From: a bacterium | GTDB lineage: Bacteria; Patescibacteriota; CPR2; UBA1875; JAJYID01 | Length of the DNA stretch: 64,000 bases | Assembly: GCA_021790235.1 (NCBI GenBank) | Contig: JAJYID010000003.1 | Span: 20,038 to 84,037 of the forward strand | Direction of reading: 5' to 3' | Notes under the pieces: generated by a model | Seen by the model: the letters and a program-made list of their open reading frames with translations, nothing else | What the model was told of the DNA's origin: nothing | Database searches by the model: none | Made by a program: the position numbers and the translations under genes | In this document: positions 62,218-64,000 of the stretch, one piece after another | Layout of the letters: each line of letters begins with the position of its first letter | Numbering within the stretch: the first letter of the stretch is position 1

Positions 62218-62910
62218 TCAGAGGGGGATATCAACATCTTTTTCATTGTTTTCAGTGGCCCAGATTGCGACAATTACGGCGTTTATATCTTCTAGAATCT
62301 TCCCCAAGTTGTTGTTTTCTTTTTCCAGAGCGGCAATTTCTTCTTTGACCTCCCCTTGACGCACCCCTACTCTTTCATGAGATTCCCTGAGTGCCGCTTG
62401 GAAGATTTCATAAAGCAGAGAAGTCTTAAGGTTATTAAAAACATGCTGGTCAGCAACTCTGGTCTTCTTATTGCAAAACACCACAAAACCATTATCCTCA
62501 TCACTTGCCCAGAACCATGGCTCTTTGTCAAAAGTATCTCTCAGAAGTTCAATAATTGTTCTGACTTTGTTAATCTCTCCCTTTGTCAGATTAGCACTCT
62601 TCGTTCTGACAACTAGATTTAAAACAGACTCAAGCAGATCACGATCTAACGCTTTTATGATTTCCGCTCTGATCTTGGAATTGGGACCTTTGAGAGAAAC
62701 AATGTCAGCACCTTTATGATCTTGTACATGGTATGTTTCATCTTCTTCACCCAAATGGGTTACCATGATGCTTCGTGCACCTGGAGACTGCTCTTTCAGA
62801 GCCGAAATCAAATCCCAAGCTTTCGTTGTTAATAACCTCCGAACTTCAGCCTTTCTATTTCTTTCTCTCTGAACTACCTCCAAGCCAACATCTCCAAATC
62901 TTCTAGCCAT
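62218..62910 (-). CDS. hypothetical protein (230 aa) with a C-terminal coiled coil
   Basis: Clean promoter, leader, SD (AAAGGGGAAAATT-ATG) and terminator. No motif recognised. Confidence 0.65.
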   Translation of the reverse strand: MARRFGDVGLEVVQRERNRKAEVRRLLTTKAWDLISALKEQSPGARSIMVTHLGEEDETYHVQDHKGADIVSLKGPNSKIRAEIIKALDRDLLESVLNLVVRTKSANLTKGEINKVRTIIELLRDTFDKEPWFWASDEDNGFVVFCNKKTRVADQHVFNNLKTSLLYEIFQAALRESHERVGVRQGEVKEEIAALEKENNNLGKILEDINAVIVAIWATENNEKDVDIPL

Positions 62911-62950
62911 AATTTTCCCCTTTCGGTCAAGGTTTTATTGTCCAAGTTGC

Positions 62951-63019
62951 AAAAAAATCGGAAAAGTTTCACCCTTCCGATCAGGGCTTTATTATAATCG
63001 ATTTTATAAATTTAATCAA
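62951..63019 (-). promoter_or_regulatory. promoter (TTGATT-17nt-TATAAT) followed by a terminator-like hairpin plus U-run in the 5' leader
   Basis: -35 at 63019-63014, -10 at 62996-62991. Leader hairpin is AUCGGAA-11nt-UUCCGAU (62981-62957), followed by UUUUUU (62956-62951), about 40 nt before the start codon. Confidence 0.5.
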
Positions 63020-63030
63020 ACCTGCATAAG

Positions 63031-63073
63031 AAAATCGCTTTAATAAACTAAAGTAGTTTATTAAAGCGATTTT
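63031..63073. terminator. bidirectional terminator: 20-bp perfect AT-rich inverted repeat with a 3-nt loop
   Basis: AAAATCGCTTTAATAAACTA-AAG-TAGTTTATTAAAGCGATTTT read directly. Downstream of the ASCH gene. Confidence 0.65.
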
Positions 63074-63104
63074 TGAAATGAGTGCAAACTTCAGTTTCGG
63101 TTAA

Positions 63105-63320
63105 TTATGCAAGAAGCTCAAACTTCACAATCTGAAGCTCTGTATCAGGTGTAATTTTTGTATTGTAATAACGTGAAAAAGTCTCAAGTATTTCTTCCTT
63201 GCTTTCATAATGCTCATGACCTTCTTGATCATCATCCGTTAAAGAATCAAAGGTTGTCTTTTTAACGTCCATAACTCTCGCCTTAGCAAACGGCTCACGA
63301 GATTCTGATTTAATAAACAA
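63105..63320 (-). CDS. ASCH-domain protein, C-terminal fragment of a frameshifted gene
   Basis: ..LLFIKSESREPFAKARVMDVKKTTF..L is continuous with the upstream fragment after a 1-nt correction. Confidence 0.6.
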   Translation of the reverse strand: MFIKSESREPFAKARVMDVKKTTFDSLTDDDQEGHEHYESKEEILETFSRYYNTKITPDTELQIVKFELLA

Positions 63321-63337
63321 GAGGTCGTCGCCAACTG

Positions 63338-63430
63338 TCAGGTCTTTATGTCAAAACGCCGCCAGGTGACTGTTTTCTTGCCTGAAAGTATTAACGGCGC
63401 TAATTCTTTTACAAAACCAATTTCTTTCAT
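63338..63430 (-). pseudogene. ASCH-domain protein, N-terminal 30-codon fragment
   Basis: Own translation: MKEIGFVKELAPLILSGKKTVTWRRFDIKT*. Adding one A to GACATAAAGAC (rc of 63342-63352) gives ..TWRRFDIKDLTVGDDLLFIKSE.., a typical ASCH N-terminus. Confidence 0.6.
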
Positions 63431-63451
63431 AATGTAAATATCTTACATACG

Positions 63452-63676
63452 TTAATCATTTATCTCAAAAATTTTGATCTTCGACTTTTTGCCTGTTTTG
63501 AGGGTAATTTCCGATTTCGGCACCTTGAAATATCCGGACAAAAGTTTCACGACCGCTTCGTTCGCACGCCCTTCAACCGGCGGGGCTTTCGTCGAAACCG
63601 TATAAATATTATTTTCTTTATCAAAACCTACGCAGTCACACTTAGCGCCGGCCTTAACTTTTACTCGAATTTTCAC
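63452..63676 (-). CDS. DUF167 (YggU) family protein
   Basis: IRVKVKAGAK..V..PPVEGRANEAVVKLLS..F.V.KSEI.L..G..S..K is the DUF167 pattern. Confidence 0.75.
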   Translation of the reverse strand: MKIRVKVKAGAKCDCVGFDKENNIYTVSTKAPPVEGRANEAVVKLLSGYFKVPKSEITLKTGKKSKIKIFEIND

Positions 63677-63679
63677 TAT

Positions 63680-63934
63680 CTAAGCTGCTTGTTCGTAATC
63701 TTCTAGTTGATTTCTTTCTATCAGTTCTGCCGCCGCCGCTGTATCGCCACCCATTCTTCTTTCTAATTCTTTATAAAGGGCCCGTCTTGCCTCTCCTCTC
63801 TTTAGATTTGCATCATCGCTATCCCCGGAGTAGTTCTGGAGAGCATGGTCGATATCGTTGATTCTGCGCGCCAGTTCATCATTATCAACATTTTCGAAGG
63901 GATTGACTGCCGAATTCATTTCCAGATTGTTCAT
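63680..63934 (-). CDS. hypothetical acidic helical protein (84 aa)
   Basis: ORF only. Lies 3 nt upstream of the DUF167 gene. Confidence 0.5.
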   Translation of the reverse strand: MNNLEMNSAVNPFENVDNDELARRINDIDHALQNYSGDSDDANLKRGEARRALYKELERRMGGDTAAAAELIERNQLEDYEQAA

Positions 63935-64000
63935 ATTTTTTCCTTTCCTTTTTATTTATAAAATCTGATTTAACAAGTTTCGTAATATTTCAATTAATAT

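Noticed and set aside
1-64000. Search for CRISPR arrays, IS elements, integrases, reverse transcriptases (DGR/retron) and prophage genes
   Set aside because: I saw no regularly spaced direct repeats and no transposase, integrase or RT-like ORF on either strand. Only short hairpins and terminators were found.
1-64000. Alternative genetic code (UGA recoding, as in some CPR lineages)
   Set aside because: Conserved genes are full length under the standard code. Several genes plainly terminate at TGA, for example the MBL hydrolase and the 94-aa gene.

Overview
A 64-kb chromosomal segment from a small-genome, AT-leaning bacterium. Gene content and style suggest Patescibacteria/CPR, but this is inference only. 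The signs are tight operons, an INS-less ProRS, ribosomal proteins with K/E-rich tails, GT-C/GtrA surface-glycosylation genes and very little biosynthesis. The standard genetic code fits. About 60 protein genes are present, roughly 85% on the minus strand. I found one tRNA (Gln-CUG), no rRNA, no CRISPR array, and no transposase, integrase or phage structural gene.

Recognisable core blocks:
- dus-cysS
- recR-ybaB
- a six-gene GtrA/GT2/3xGT-C glycosylation operon
- dnaB and dnaX
- tgt
- rplJ-rplL
- mreBCD-mrdA
- proS-rseP-frr-tsf-rpsB (no pyrH, uppS or cdsA in their usual slots)
- rpmE-prfA
- two ABC export systems, one next to an OmpR-type two-component system
- xth
- an LCP/membrane/HtrA envelope operon
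- lepB
- parAB
- rplU
- rodA
- ileS

Most interesting observations:
1. A stand-alone tmk-like gene is paired with a double-length, tandem-fused ThyX whose two halves keep complementary parts of the ThyX signature. A dUTPase-dCMP deaminase fusion lies 12 kb away.
2. dnaX carries an A8 slippery run with a -1-frame stop two codons later, at the point where tau-specific domains would begin.
3. A P-loop (AAA_28-like)-CYTH fusion protein.
4. A shortened AroA/EPSP-synthase-like gene is held in one frame but broken by three in-frame stops.
5. A stand-alone two-CW cysteine-rich protein.
6. K/E-rich extensions occur on L7/L12 (N-terminal), S2 and L31.
7. Three genes are split by single-base indels at short homopolymers, and there is one truncated SDR remnant.
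8. Several regulatory-looking structures: a 12-bp operator-like inverted repeat, a leader terminator, tandem hairpin terminators and a small hairpin-element family next to start codons.

All functional calls rest on motif recognition by eye. No database search was run.
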